Shown here in pieces: positions 13,521 to 23,649 of a DNA stretch of 39,847 nucleotides. The DNA comes from a virus (Duplodnaviria > Heunggongvirae > Uroviricota > Caudoviricetes): IMG/VR virus record IMGVR_UViG_3300046519_000060, positions 128,001 to 167,847 of that record; one strand, written 5' to 3'. A program made the position numbers and the translations under genes. The notes beneath the pieces are model-generated. The model saw only the letters and a list, made by a program, of their open reading frames with translations. It did no database searches and had not been told where the DNA came from. Numbering within the stretch: position 1 is the stretch's first letter; every line of letters begins with the position of its first letter.

Positions 13521-14540
13521 ATGACAGCAATCCTTCGTAAATTCCCGAGCATCGACCAGTACAAGAACGTCATCACGAACATCCGGCAGTACTGCAAGAA
13601 GCACGACAAGCCGATTCCGACCCTTCGCTTCGAAGGCACGATCAAGCTGCACGGCACGAACGGTGGTATCGGCTATGACGCCACGACCGATGAAATCTGG
13701 GCGCAATCGCGTGAACGTATCATCACGCCGTATGACGACAACGCGGCATTCGCCAAGTATGTCGAAGCCAACAAGGACGCACTGAAAGCCTATCTGCGTG
13801 CGCATACCGATGAAACCGGTCTGGCGTACCTGTTTGGTGAGTGGGCTGGTCCGAACGTCCAGAAGGGTGTGGCAATCAGCCAAATCCCGGCCAAGTCGTT
13901 CTTTGCATTCGAACTGCTGACGATCCATCGCGAAGATGACGGTACGGAACATGTCCACTATGGCGACCTGATGCTTGGTGGAAACAACCTCAGTCACATC
14001 CCGGACACGTATCGCATCGGTTCGTTCCAGACGCACCACATGGACATCGATTTCAGCCGTCCGCAAGACTTCCAGAATGAGTTGGTGCGTCTGACTGATC
14101 TGGTTGAAGAAAACTGCCCTGTGGCCGCTGAGTTCGGTCAGTCGGGCATCGGTGAAGGCATCGTCTGGCACAACCGTGAAACGGGTCTGCGCTTCAAGGT
14201 GAAGGGTGAGAAGCATTCGGTATCCAAAGTATCGACCGTGAAGCCGATTTCGGAAGCTGACCTCGAACGCATCAAGACCATCGGCAACTTCGTGGATGTG
14301 GTCGTGACCGATAACCGTCTCGAACAAGGTCTGTCGAAGCTGACGGAACTTGGTAAGCCGCACGACATCACTTCGACCGGCGACTTCATCAAATGGGTCG
14401 TGGGCGACGTGCTGAAAGAAGAAATGGACCTTATCATCGCCTCGATGCTGGACAAGAAGGAACTGAACCCGGCGATGTCGAACAAGGCCAAGAACTTCTA
14501 CATGAACTACATCAAGTCGCAAGACGCAATCGCAGCATAA
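13521..14540 (+). CDS. rnlB: RNA ligase 2 (Rnl2 family)
   Basis: Motif I KLHGTN, GEW, FAFE, EGIV and FKVK motifs plus C-terminal helical domain. Confidence 0.8.
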   Translation: MTAILRKFPSIDQYKNVITNIRQYCKKHDKPIPTLRFEGTIKLHGTNGGIGYDATTDEIWAQSRERIITPYDDNAAFAKYVEANKDALKAYLRAHTDETGLAYLFGEWAGPNVQKGVAISQIPAKSFFAFELLTIHREDDGTEHVHYGDLMLGGNNLSHIPDTYRIGSFQTHHMDIDFSRPQDFQNELVRLTDLVEENCPVAAEFGQSGIGEGIVWHNRETGLRFKVKGEKHSVSKVSTVKPISEADLERIKTIGNFVDVVVTDNRLEQGLSKLTELGKPHDITSTGDFIKWVVGDVLKEEMDLIIASMLDKKELNPAMSNKAKNFYMNYIKSQDAIAA

Positions 14541-14557
14541 TTCGGAATCCGTAGCAA

Positions 14558-15826
14558 GTGGCTAGTAAATTGAATTTCACAGAAGAACAGATGGTCGCGA
14601 TTCAGGCGATCACTGAGTTTGCAACCGACATGTTCACGCCTTCGTGGTATTTCGTGTTTACCGGCCCTGCTGGTTCCGGCAAGACGGCGTGCATGATGGA
14701 AGTGCAGTCGAAGATGAACGCACGAAAACTCAATTGTGTGTTCACTGCACCAACGAACAAAGCTGCAAAGGTTCTGCGCGGTGTCGTCGGCAAGGCACAA
14801 ACGACCTACACGTTCCTGAATCTGCGTGTCGCGGCGGATGGTGCAGTCAAGCGTATCGCCAAGGGTAAAGACCCAGACCTGTCGCAGATTGACGTTCTCG
14901 TAGTCGATGAATCCTCGATGGTCAACAAGGAACTGTTCGCATACCTTGAAGAAGCTGCAAAGCGTTGGAATTTCCGCGTCATCTTCATGGGCGATTCGTT
15001 CCAGTTGCCGCCAGTGCATGAGGCGTTCTCGAAGGCGTTGCAAGGAAAGTCGTCGGCATCCCTGAGTACCGTGATGCGCCATGACAACCAGATTTTGACG
15101 TTCGCAACGGAAGTGCGCCGACAGATTGATAGCCGCAAGCCTTCGATCAAGCTGCGTGATGACAATGACGACGAAGAAGGTATCTGGGTTCTCGATTCGG
15201 ATGACTTCAAGCATCTGATCTATGCGGCGGCACAGGAAGGCCATTTCAGTGATGGTGAGACGGCCAAGGTCATCGCGTGGCGGAACGTGCAGGTTGCGTT
15301 CTACAACAACCTGATCCGCCACGCGATCTATGGCGAGAAAGCCCAACCGGGTTACTTCCTGCTGAACGAGCGCATCACGGCGGGCGAACCGTGTTCGTGG
15401 GGCCAAGAACCCCTGATGCACACGGATGAAGGTGGTGTCATCAAGGGCATCGTAGAGAAGCGTCACCCGGTTTACGACGACTTCAAGGTGTTCGAACTGA
15501 CGGTCGAGAAGGACTACACCAAGCAAGAAGTGAAGCTGCTGTCGATTCACCCGGACAGTGCCGATGATTTGCAGTACTTCCTTGATGATCTATCCACGCG
15601 GGCGAAAGCTGCACCGTCGCTGTGGGGTGACTTCTGGGAAGCGAAAGAGTGGTTCCATGACATCCGCTATGGGTATGCAGAGACGGCCCATAAGTCGCAA
15701 GGTTCGACGTACCAAGACGTGTACGTAGATTCCGCCGACATTCTGCGCAATAAGAAGCAAGACGAAGCGTACCGGTGTTTCTACGTTGCCTGTACTCGCC
15801 CGACAACACGTTTGATTTTGGTTTGA
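14558..15826 (+). CDS. dda: Dda-like SF1B DNA helicase
   Basis: GPAGSGKT, APTNKAA, VDESSM, GDSFQLPPV, TAHKSQGSTY, YVACTR. Confidence 0.88.
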   Translation: MASKLNFTEEQMVAIQAITEFATDMFTPSWYFVFTGPAGSGKTACMMEVQSKMNARKLNCVFTAPTNKAAKVLRGVVGKAQTTYTFLNLRVAADGAVKRIAKGKDPDLSQIDVLVVDESSMVNKELFAYLEEAAKRWNFRVIFMGDSFQLPPVHEAFSKALQGKSSASLSTVMRHDNQILTFATEVRRQIDSRKPSIKLRDDNDDEEGIWVLDSDDFKHLIYAAAQEGHFSDGETAKVIAWRNVQVAFYNNLIRHAIYGEKAQPGYFLLNERITAGEPCSWGQEPLMHTDEGGVIKGIVEKRHPVYDDFKVFELTVEKDYTKQEVKLLSIHPDSADDLQYFLDDLSTRAKAAPSLWGDFWEAKEWFHDIRYGYAETAHKSQGSTYQDVYVDSADILRNKKQDEAYRCFYVACTRPTTRLILV

Positions 15827-15829
15827 TAC

Positions 15830-17065
15830 ATGAAATTCCCGCTGATCCAAAACATCCAAGACGTTCTTCCGCACATCGAAGGAAAGCCCGAATTCGTTGT
15901 GGCTGAACGTGATGGCTTCACCGTCATCAACTACATGGTTGCGTTCGATACCACGTTCCCGAATCTTCCGCAAGAACCGACGAAGATGGGCGTCATGATG
16001 CAGACAGAGTACGAACGCGAGTACCTTCATGCGTCGATGCTTCGCGAATGTCGCGGCCTGATGTTCGACCGCGATGGCAAGTTGATTAGCCGTCCGATGC
16101 AGAAGTTCTTCAACATGAACGAGCGCATCGAGACGTTGGCCGACAACTACGATTTGACCGGTCACGACTACGTTGTGCTGGAAAAGCTGGATGGATCGTT
16201 CATCCGCCCGGTGCGCATCGACGGCATCATCCGCCTGTGTACGAAGATGGGTATTACTGAGCAATCGCATCAGGCCGAAGAATTCCTCGAAGGCATGGAA
16301 GATGACGAACTGCATCAGAAGTATTTTGAGTTCTTCGAATCGTTCGTTGACGACTACACGCCGGTATTCGAGTTCTGTTCGCGCAAGAACCAAATCGTCA
16401 TCGACTACCCGGAAGATCGGTTGGTCCTGCTATCGATGCGTCACAACCTGACGGGCGCATACATCGGGTATCGCTACCTGACATCCATCGCTAAGGCGTT
16501 CGGCATCCCGCTGGTTCAGCCGTTGTTCCAAGTTGGCGACGAGAACCCGGACACCGATCCATACACCGCCGAAGCACTGGTCGAGCGTATCCGTCCGTTG
16601 ATCGGCGTCGAAGGTGCGGTCCTGTCGTTCGACGATGGCCGCAAGGTCAAGATAAAGGCAGAGGACTACTGCGTGAAGCATGGCGCGAAAGATGGTCTGC
16701 TGCTTGAAAAGAACGTGCTGGCGACGTTCCTGAACGAGAAGCTTGACGATGTACTCCCGCTGCTTGACGACGCGTTCAAGGCCCGCGTAGAGGCTTACAC
16801 GGCCACTGTTGCCGATGGCATCCAGTTCACGGTGTTCGATGCTGAACAAGTTGTGCGTTTCATCAAGAAGCATTATGAGACGCGCAAAGAACAAGCCATC
16901 TTCATCAAGGACAACATTCGTCCCTTCTCGCAATCGCTGATGTTCGCGGGTCTGGATGGTAAGGACATCCGAAAGGCTGTCATCGACAAGATTCTGAGCA
17001 ACACGCGGACGCAGACGGAAGTTGATTCGATCCGGGAATTCATCGGGAATCCGACATGGGCTTGA
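15830..17065 (+). CDS. rnlA: RNA ligase 1 (T4 gp63-like)
   Basis: RECRGLMF, KFFN, EKLDGS, FEF, EGAV and KIK motifs. Confidence 0.88.
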   Translation: MKFPLIQNIQDVLPHIEGKPEFVVAERDGFTVINYMVAFDTTFPNLPQEPTKMGVMMQTEYEREYLHASMLRECRGLMFDRDGKLISRPMQKFFNMNERIETLADNYDLTGHDYVVLEKLDGSFIRPVRIDGIIRLCTKMGITEQSHQAEEFLEGMEDDELHQKYFEFFESFVDDYTPVFEFCSRKNQIVIDYPEDRLVLLSMRHNLTGAYIGYRYLTSIAKAFGIPLVQPLFQVGDENPDTDPYTAEALVERIRPLIGVEGAVLSFDDGRKVKIKAEDYCVKHGAKDGLLLEKNVLATFLNEKLDDVLPLLDDAFKARVEAYTATVADGIQFTVFDAEQVVRFIKKHYETRKEQAIFIKDNIRPFSQSLMFAGLDGKDIRKAVIDKILSNTRTQTEVDSIREFIGNPTWA

Positions 17066-17487
17066 TCTACCGAATCGAGAATGCCGAAGGTACTGGCCCG
17101 TACCAAGGCATGAGTGATGACGAATCTCCGCTTCCGATGCAGTTCAGTGAGACGCACCCTTCGCCCGAAGATGATTCGTTGTTGGTGCGAGCGTTTCGCG
17201 ACTATGCACGAATCAACGAACTTGACACCGATGGAACCCGAACAATCTGGGGAATGATCTACGGGGACTTCCTGTTCGGGTTTGGGTCGCAAGACCAACT
17301 ACGTCGATGGGTCTACAACGACGAGTGGATGGTGAAGCTGGACAACGCCGGGTTTCACCTGTCGGTCTACGAAATCCCCGATGAAAAGATGATCGTCGGT
17401 CACACGCAAGCTGTATTCGAACGTAGTGCGGGTCGTCAGAAGTACCGTTGCAAACTGTGCGATTTCTTCGCAATCCCAACTGAGTAA
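17056..17487 (+). CDS. T4 gp61.2-like (AdfA-like) protein
   Basis: IYRIE..GPY, PxPEDxxLV, FGFGS..L.RW, GFHLSVYEIPD..IVG..Q.VF resemble the recalled gp61.2 C-terminal domain. Confidence 0.5.
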   Translation: MGLIYRIENAEGTGPYQGMSDDESPLPMQFSETHPSPEDDSLLVRAFRDYARINELDTDGTRTIWGMIYGDFLFGFGSQDQLRRWVYNDEWMVKLDNAGFHLSVYEIPDEKMIVGHTQAVFERSAGRQKYRCKLCDFFAIPTE

Positions 17488-17490
17488 AAC

Positions 17491-17763
17491 ATGGCATACG
17501 CAGAAAAGAAATTAGAGCAAGAAGAAGTCATCACCTTGGTTGACGTAACGCGGGTTCAACTGAACCTCAGTGTCGAAGAAGCGAACCTTGTTCACGACAT
17601 CTTGATGATGGCCGGTGGATGTCCCGAGCGTTCCCGCCGTCGCATTGCTGACGATGTAAAGAAGGCGCTTCGCGCTGCGGGCATCACTGGTGGTCCGCAT
17701 GACGAATATCTGTATCCGATGGACCTTCGCGACCAAAGCGGCATCTACTTCAAGGAACAATAA
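17491..17763 (+). CDS. hypothetical protein
   Basis: Operon ORF. Confidence 0.7.
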   Translation: MAYAEKKLEQEEVITLVDVTRVQLNLSVEEANLVHDILMMAGGCPERSRRRIADDVKKALRAAGITGGPHDEYLYPMDLRDQSGIYFKEQ

Positions 17764-18251
17764 TGAAAGAACTGATTATGCTGGCTGGTATGCCCGGTTG
17801 TGGTAAGTCCACATATCGCAATCCGTATGGTTTCGATGTTATCTCGTCGGACATCTACATCGAAGCATGTGCCGAAGCGTCCGGTCTGTCGTACAACGAA
17901 ATCTTCTCGGATGTCGTCGGCCAAGCAACCGAGAACATGTACGCCCACATGGAATCGCTGTTGAAGAACGAAGTCAAGCAAATCGTCTGGGACCAGACGA
18001 ACTTGACGGCCAAGACCCGCAAGCAGAAGTTGGAGAAGTTCAACAAGGCCGGTGGTTCGGACTACCGCAAGATTTGCCTGTTCTTTGAACCGAATTGGGG
18101 ACTGGCAGTTGAGCGCAACGAAGCCCGCCGTGAAAGTGGCCGCTCGATCCCGCTGCACGTTCTGGAAAACATGTTCAATACGTTCCAGACCCCAAAGAAG
18201 GCCGAAGGCTTCGACTACATCTTCCACGTTCCTGTCGATTCGCAGATGTAG
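17763..18251 (+). CDS. P-loop polynucleotide kinase-like protein (kinase domain only)
   Basis: GMPGCGKST, SSD, WDQTNL and RNEAR motifs. Confidence 0.8.
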   Translation: MKELIMLAGMPGCGKSTYRNPYGFDVISSDIYIEACAEASGLSYNEIFSDVVGQATENMYAHMESLLKNEVKQIVWDQTNLTAKTRKQKLEKFNKAGGSDYRKICLFFEPNWGLAVERNEARRESGRSIPLHVLENMFNTFQTPKKAEGFDYIFHVPVDSQM

Positions 18252-18278
18252 ACCCAAACTTGGGAATTGTGCTATAAT
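18249..18278 (+). promoter_or_regulatory. extended -10 promoter of DNA polymerase with box
   Basis: TAGACC...CCCAAACTTGGGAAT...TGcTATAAT. Confidence 0.6.
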
Positions 18279-18306
18279 GGCACTTCCCGTAACGACAAGA
18301 GTAGAC

Positions 18307-20802
18307 GTGCAGTTTTATCTGAACAGTAGACAATACGGCAATAATGTGCTTGTGCGGGGAATCGAGAACGGTGAGCGTTTCATCGAGAAGATTCCCTTCC
18401 AACCTACGCTGTACAGCCGGGTGAACCGGCAAACCGGGTTCAAGTCCCTGACCGGCGAGAACCTTCTTCCGACCGTGTTTGATGACATTAACGCGGCGCG
18501 GGACTGGATCAAGAAGTACAAGGACATCGACAACTTCCCGGTCTTTGGCAACACTGCGTATCATTTCCAGTGGATCAGTGAGAACTACAAGGGCGAAATC
18601 GACTATGACCTGAGTCTTATCAAGGTCATGTCCATCGACATCGAAACGACCGTAAACTACGGACGACCAGACTACTTCGACCCGAAGGAATCGATCACTC
18701 TGATTACATGTCGAGATAAGGTCACGAAGGCCATCACGACATTCGGGTGTTGGGACTACATGCCGAAGAAGAAGGGCGTCGAGTATGTCCGTTGTCGCGA
18801 TGAAGTTGATCTTCTGTGTAAGTTCATCAACTTCTGGCATCGCGATCCACCCGACATCATCACTGGCTGGAACACCGATGACTTCGATATTCCGTACATA
18901 GTCCAACGATGCCGCAAGGTTGTCGGTGAGGACATCACGAAGAAGCTTTCCCCGTTCGGCGTCATCAAGCATCGCGATGTCGAGATTCAGGGCAAGATGA
19001 AGATGGAGTTCGAAATCTACGGCATCGCCTCGCTGGACTATCTGGCGCTGTTCCGTAAGTTCGCCTTCCTGAAATTCGAGAACGAAAAGCTGGACACCGT
19101 AGCATTCCATGTTCTCGGACGCAACAAGATTGAAAACCCGTACAGTTCGTTCCGGGAATTCTATGAGAAAGACCCAGACCTGTTCACTGACTACAACATC
19201 GTTGACGTAGAACTGGTAGACGAACTAGAAGGGAAGTTGAAGCTGATCGAACTGGCAATCTCGATTGCGTACATGGCGAAGATCAACTTTGACGATGTGT
19301 ATTCCCCGGTGAAGATGTGGGACACCATCATCTATAACCACTTGCTAGACCAAGGTATCGTAGTCCCCTTCAAGAAGGACACCATCGAGAAGCAGATTGA
19401 AGGTGCGTTCGTGAAGGAAGTCACACGCGGTCGTCATCGTTGGATTGTATCGTTCGACTTGGCATCGCTGTATCCGCACATCATCATGGCGCTGAACATG
19501 TCGCCCGAGACGATTGCGAATCGCATGATCGATACTTCGGTTGCCGAACTGTTGGCAGGGGACCGTAGTAAGGTTCTACCGGGTCACTCGTTGGCCCCGA
19601 ATGGTTCGATGTATGACATGAGTATCAAGGGCTTCTTGCCGTTCCTGATGTCCAAGTACTACAACGGACGTAAGACGGTTAAGAACGAAATGCTGGCCTT
19701 GAAGAAGGAACTTGAAGCACGACGCCATGACATGACGGCAGAAGAAATTCGCCAGATGGAGAACAAGATCACGGCGAAGGCGAACATGCAGCAAGCGTTG
19801 AAGATTGCGATTAACTCGGCCTATGGCGCACTTGCGCAGAAGTCGTTCCGCTTCTTTGACACTCGCATCGCAGAAGGCATCACGATGTCTGGTCAGCTTA
19901 TCATCCAGAACGCGATGCGTGCCGGTAACGGATTCCTGAACAAGCTGCTGGAAACGGAAGCGAAGGACTACGTGTTGATGGCCGACACGGACTCGTCGTA
20001 CTTCCTGATGGACCCGTTTGTGCAGAAGTATTATCCGGGTAAGTCGGTCAATGAAACCGTGGACTTCATGTGCAAGGTCTGTGATGGTCGGATGCAGAAG
20101 CGTCTCAATGATGCCTGTGACGAACTTGCTGCGTCTTTGAACTGGAACCAAGGCTTCATCAACTTCAAGCGTGAAGCAATCTCGTCTGTCGGTGTCATCG
20201 TCGCGGGTAAGAACTATGCGCTACTGGTGCATGACAACGAAGGTGTCCGATACGAAGAACCAGACCTGAAAGTGATGGGTCTTGCGCTTGTCCGGTCATC
20301 GACACCAGACGTGGTGAAGGAACCGTTGCGCCAGTGTATCGGCGTAATTCTGAATGGCACGGAAGAAAAGCTGCACCAGTATGTTCGAGACGTTGAAGAA
20401 ATGTACATGAAGCAACCTCACGAAGTCATCGCGTTCCCGCGTGGTGTGAACAACCTCGCGAAGTACAGTTCGAACAGCACGATCTACGTGAAGGCACACT
20501 GCCCGATCCAAGTGCGTGCGGCGCTGCTGTACAACCATCTGTTGAAGGAACATGGTCTTAACGAACTTGAACCGGTGCAAGAAGGTGGTCGCGTGAAGTA
20601 CATCTACTTGAAGGAACCCAACACCCTTCGAGAAAATGTAGTTGGCTTTACTGACAAAATCCCGGCTGAGTTCAATCTGATCCGGTATGTCGATTACGAC
20701 ACGATGTTCAACAAGTCGTTCATCGAACCGTTGAAGAAGCTGACCGAAGCTGTAGGCTGGTCCCACAAAGAAGTAGCAACCCTCGAAGGTCTGTTCGAAT
20801 GA
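18307..20802 (+). CDS. 43: family B DNA polymerase (T4 gp43-like)
   Basis: DIET exonuclease, SFDLASLYPH, KIAINSAYG and DTDS motifs; GTG start (MQFYLN) chosen because ATG 18277 overlaps the -10. Confidence 0.95.
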   Translation: MQFYLNSRQYGNNVLVRGIENGERFIEKIPFQPTLYSRVNRQTGFKSLTGENLLPTVFDDINAARDWIKKYKDIDNFPVFGNTAYHFQWISENYKGEIDYDLSLIKVMSIDIETTVNYGRPDYFDPKESITLITCRDKVTKAITTFGCWDYMPKKKGVEYVRCRDEVDLLCKFINFWHRDPPDIITGWNTDDFDIPYIVQRCRKVVGEDITKKLSPFGVIKHRDVEIQGKMKMEFEIYGIASLDYLALFRKFAFLKFENEKLDTVAFHVLGRNKIENPYSSFREFYEKDPDLFTDYNIVDVELVDELEGKLKLIELAISIAYMAKINFDDVYSPVKMWDTIIYNHLLDQGIVVPFKKDTIEKQIEGAFVKEVTRGRHRWIVSFDLASLYPHIIMALNMSPETIANRMIDTSVAELLAGDRSKVLPGHSLAPNGSMYDMSIKGFLPFLMSKYYNGRKTVKNEMLALKKELEARRHDMTAEEIRQMENKITAKANMQQALKIAINSAYGALAQKSFRFFDTRIAEGITMSGQLIIQNAMRAGNGFLNKLLETEAKDYVLMADTDSSYFLMDPFVQKYYPGKSVNETVDFMCKVCDGRMQKRLNDACDELAASLNWNQGFINFKREAISSVGVIVAGKNYALLVHDNEGVRYEEPDLKVMGLALVRSSTPDVVKEPLRQCIGVILNGTEEKLHQYVRDVEEMYMKQPHEVIAFPRGVNNLAKYSSNSTIYVKAHCPIQVRAALLYNHLLKEHGLNELEPVQEGGRVKYIYLKEPNTLRENVVGFTDKIPAEFNLIRYVDYDTMFNKSFIEPLKKLTEAVGWSHKEVATLEGLFE

Positions 20803-21233
20803 GTGAAGGAACCCCGATTGAAGAACTGTTGGAAGGGGTTCCGGCCCTCCCAAACGTTGAAGTGAAGTTCGAGAACTACGCTGAACTGGATGTCAAAAGC
20901 GTAGTCATCTATGGTCATCGCATCCTCGATCAAGCTGAACGCAAGTTCAAGTACCGTGCAACACTGGCGCTACTGATGAACGAAACGAATCAGCAACCGT
21001 TGATGCTGAACTTCCATCTTCATGAAATCTTTGACGATGCCGAAGTGATGGCCCGAACCTCCGTGATGTGGGCGAACATGATGTTCGGTCATGTCTCGAA
21101 GATGGTCAGCGTGTTCGACCTCAACACGGAAGATCGCATCGCGCACATCAACGTACAACAACTTGTAGAAATTGAAAGCGCAGTAGAAGAACTGAAACAC
21201 ATCCACCGCACTGACATGAGGCAAATCAATTGA
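20799..21233 (+). CDS. hypothetical protein
   Basis: ATGA overlap. Confidence 0.75.
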   Translation: MSEGTPIEELLEGVPALPNVEVKFENYAELDVKSVVIYGHRILDQAERKFKYRATLALLMNETNQQPLMLNFHLHEIFDDAEVMARTSVMWANMMFGHVSKMVSVFDLNTEDRIAHINVQQLVEIESAVEELKHIHRTDMRQIN

Positions 21234-21475
21234 CACTCCTAGCAATCTACATCTGCACCGTCATCTTCTGTACCACGGCACTGATTCTCGCCACGAAGCA
21301 GGTTGATAAGCGTGTCACGGTCGGAACCTTCGTGAACTGCTTGTTCTGGGGCGTGTTCCCGGTCTTCAACATCTTGGTCACGGCGATTGTCGGTTTACTC
21401 ATGATCTCACTTACGAACTTCTGGGAAGAACTGTCCGAACGCATTTATCTGCTCGCAAAGAAGGAGCTGTTTTGA
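21230..21475 (+). CDS. small membrane protein, paralog 1
   Basis: TTG start; VTVG...FPVFN. Confidence 0.7.
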   Translation: MTLLAIYICTVIFCTTALILATKQVDKRVTVGTFVNCLFWGVFPVFNILVTAIVGLLMISLTNFWEELSERIYLLAKKELF

Positions 21476-21702
21476 TACTCCTATCCATTTTTGTTCTGTT
21501 CCCGCTGGCCCTGATTTTGTTGTGTCTGTCGCTATCGGTCATCGAAGGTGAACTGAATCGACTGACCTACGGCGATCTGGTCGAAATGATCTGCTACTCG
21601 TTCTGCCCGGTCTTCAATCTATTTTTCTTGGCGGGCATGGTCAGCGTGTTCTTCACGCAGAGCAAGACCATCCGCAAGCTTCACAACAAGAAGGTGTTCT
21701 AA
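21472..21702 (+). CDS. small membrane protein, paralog 2
   Basis: TTG start after AAGGAG; LTYG...CPVFN. Confidence 0.7.
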   Translation: MILLSIFVLFPLALILLCLSLSVIEGELNRLTYGDLVEMICYSFCPVFNLFFLAGMVSVFFTQSKTIRKLHNKKVF

Positions 21703-21914
21703 TGGAACTGTATTTCTTTGGATGCTTCTTACTTTGGTTGTGCCTCGTCTTCGGTACGAAGGTGCTTGATGGGTACGTGACTCTTGGGGAACTGATCCTC
21801 ATGTGGTTCATAGCTATCTTCCCGGTCATGAACATTTTCATGGGGCTATCCGTGCTTGGGTCGTTGCTGTTCTCGCGTGGGGTTCGGAATTTCCTTTCCA
21901 CCAAAGCGTTTTAG
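21702..21914 (+). CDS. small membrane protein, paralog 3
   Basis: TAATG coupling; VTLG...FPVMN. Confidence 0.7.
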   Translation: MELYFFGCFLLWLCLVFGTKVLDGYVTLGELILMWFIAIFPVMNIFMGLSVLGSLLFSRGVRNFLSTKAF

Positions 21915-21915
21915 T

Positions 21916-21944
21916 TTCCCACGTCCGGGAATTTGTGTTATAAT
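21916..21944 (+). promoter_or_regulatory. extended -10 promoter with inverted box
   Basis: TTCCCACGTCCGGGAAT...TGtTATAAT. Confidence 0.6.
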
Positions 21945-21972
21945 GCTGTTCTGTTCCTGAGAGAAGCCCTAC

Positions 21973-22284
21973 ATGACCAACGACATCATCAATGCGGCGT
22001 TCGAATTTACCGGCGCTCTGTTCGTCCTGAACAACTGCTGGACACTGTATCGAGATAAGCTGGTCCGTGGGGTTTCCCTGCTGACGACCCTGTACTTCAC
22101 GACATGGGGCGGCTGGAACGTGTTTTACTATCCTTCCCTCGGCCAACGCTGGTCGTTTGTCGCGGGCATGTGCATCTGCACGGCGAATATATTATGGATT
22201 TTCTTGATGCTATATTACAAACGTAAAGAAAAGCGCAATCACAATGAGTCTGTTGGAACGTCTCAGGAAGCAGTCTACGATTAA
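21973..22284 (+). CDS. PQ-loop/SemiSWEET-like three-helix membrane protein
   Basis: Three hydrophobic helices with LYRDKLVRGVS loop and WxxWNxxYY. Confidence 0.55.
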   Translation: MTNDIINAAFEFTGALFVLNNCWTLYRDKLVRGVSLLTTLYFTTWGGWNVFYYPSLGQRWSFVAGMCICTANILWIFLMLYYKRKEKRNHNESVGTSQEAVYD

Positions 22285-23362
22285 AGAAGCTGCTGTCCTC
22301 ACCGAATCAAAGCTGTATAACGCGAAGGACATGATTTCGACGCCAGTACCCGCGTTCAACGTGGCGCTGTCTGGCAAACTCAGTGGCGGGTTCGTCCCCG
22401 GTGTCACCCTGATCGCTGGCCCGTCACGCCACTTCAAGACAGGCTTCGTCCTGTTGATGATTAAGGCGTATCTGGACCAATACCCGGAAGCTGTTGTGAT
22501 TTTCTACGACAGTGAATTCGGCACGCCGCAGTCGTACTTTGACGCATTCGGTATCGATACGTCGCGCATCCTTCATGTCCCGATCAAGGACATGGAAGAA
22601 TTGAAGTTTGACGTGATGAATTACTTTGATCCGAAGAACAAAGAAGGCATCAAGCGTGGCGACAAGGTTCTGATCGCGATTGACTCTCTGGGTAACTTGG
22701 CCTCGCGTAAAGAAGTCGAAGATGCTACGAACGAAAAGTCCGTGGCCGACATGACCCGCGCCAAGCAGATGAAGTCGATCTTCCGCATGATTACCCCGCA
22801 CCTTCGTATGAAGGACATCCCGCTGGTCGGTATTCAGCACACGTACCAGACCCAAGAAATGTACAGCAAGACGGTCGTTTCTGGCGGCACTGGCGGCATC
22901 TATTCCGCTGACACTATCTTCATCATTGGTCGTCAGCAAGACGCCGAAGGCGAAGGCGCAAAGAAGGTTCTCAACGGTTATGACTTCATCATCAACGTAG
23001 AGAAGTCCCGCTACGTCAAAGAGAAGTCGAAGATTCCGGTCACTATCTCGTTCACTGGCGGCATGTCGAAGTGGTCTGGCTTGTTTGAATGGGCCGTTGA
23101 AGGCAACTTCATCAAGCTGAACGGCAAGAAAGAACGTCGCGATGCTTACTCAGTGGTCGATCAAGAAACCGGTGAACTGGCCGAAGCGAAGTACACGAAG
23201 AAGGAACTGAACACGGCTGACTTCTGGATTCCGGTCATGTCCGACAAGAAGTTCCAAGCATTCGTTGAAGCGAAGTACCGTCTGTCCGAAGCAAAGATGT
23301 TGAGCGATGACGAAATCGCAGACATCTATGATGATCTTGAAGAAGTAGAAGTGGAAGAATAA
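22244..23362 (+). CDS. uvsX: UvsX RecA-like recombinase
   Basis: GPSRHFKT, YDSEFG, IDSLGNLAS, ADMTRAK, SGGTG. Confidence 0.95.
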   Translation: MSLLERLRKQSTIKEAAVLTESKLYNAKDMISTPVPAFNVALSGKLSGGFVPGVTLIAGPSRHFKTGFVLLMIKAYLDQYPEAVVIFYDSEFGTPQSYFDAFGIDTSRILHVPIKDMEELKFDVMNYFDPKNKEGIKRGDKVLIAIDSLGNLASRKEVEDATNEKSVADMTRAKQMKSIFRMITPHLRMKDIPLVGIQHTYQTQEMYSKTVVSGGTGGIYSADTIFIIGRQQDAEGEGAKKVLNGYDFIINVEKSRYVKEKSKIPVTISFTGGMSKWSGLFEWAVEGNFIKLNGKKERRDAYSVVDQETGELAEAKYTKKELNTADFWIPVMSDKKFQAFVEAKYRLSEAKMLSDDEIADIYDDLEEVEVEE

Positions 23363-23366
23363 GAAC

Positions 23367-23645
23367 ATGGCGCACCCGAATTATGACCTGATCGAAATGG
23401 ACGGTGAAGATTCGTGGTGCATCAAGATTATGTCCGGTGAATACGCGGACGTGGTGTACAAATACAACTACGTCCGTGTTATCGAACCGAATGATCCTGA
23501 TGGCTACGCTACTTTGAAGTTCGATTATGAAGTTCTGTATCACGCAGAACTAGCCGAAGATAAGTTTACGAAAGCGTTCGAGACGGTTCTAGGTGACATC
23601 CTATATGACGTAATAAGTACATCACCTGAACCCGAAGAAGATTGA
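23367..23645 (+). CDS. gp40-like head vertex assembly chaperone
   Basis: Position between uvsX and gp41 as in T4; acidic 92 aa. Confidence 0.55.
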   Translation: MAHPNYDLIEMDGEDSWCIKIMSGEYADVVYKYNYVRVIEPNDPDGYATLKFDYEVLYHAELAEDKFTKAFETVLGDILYDVISTSPEPEED

Positions 23646-23649
23646 ATAG

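Noticed and set aside
18052-18306. N-terminal extension of DNA polymerase in the ORF track
   Set aside because: Overlaps the kinase gene and the promoter; the gp43-like N-terminus begins at GTG 18307
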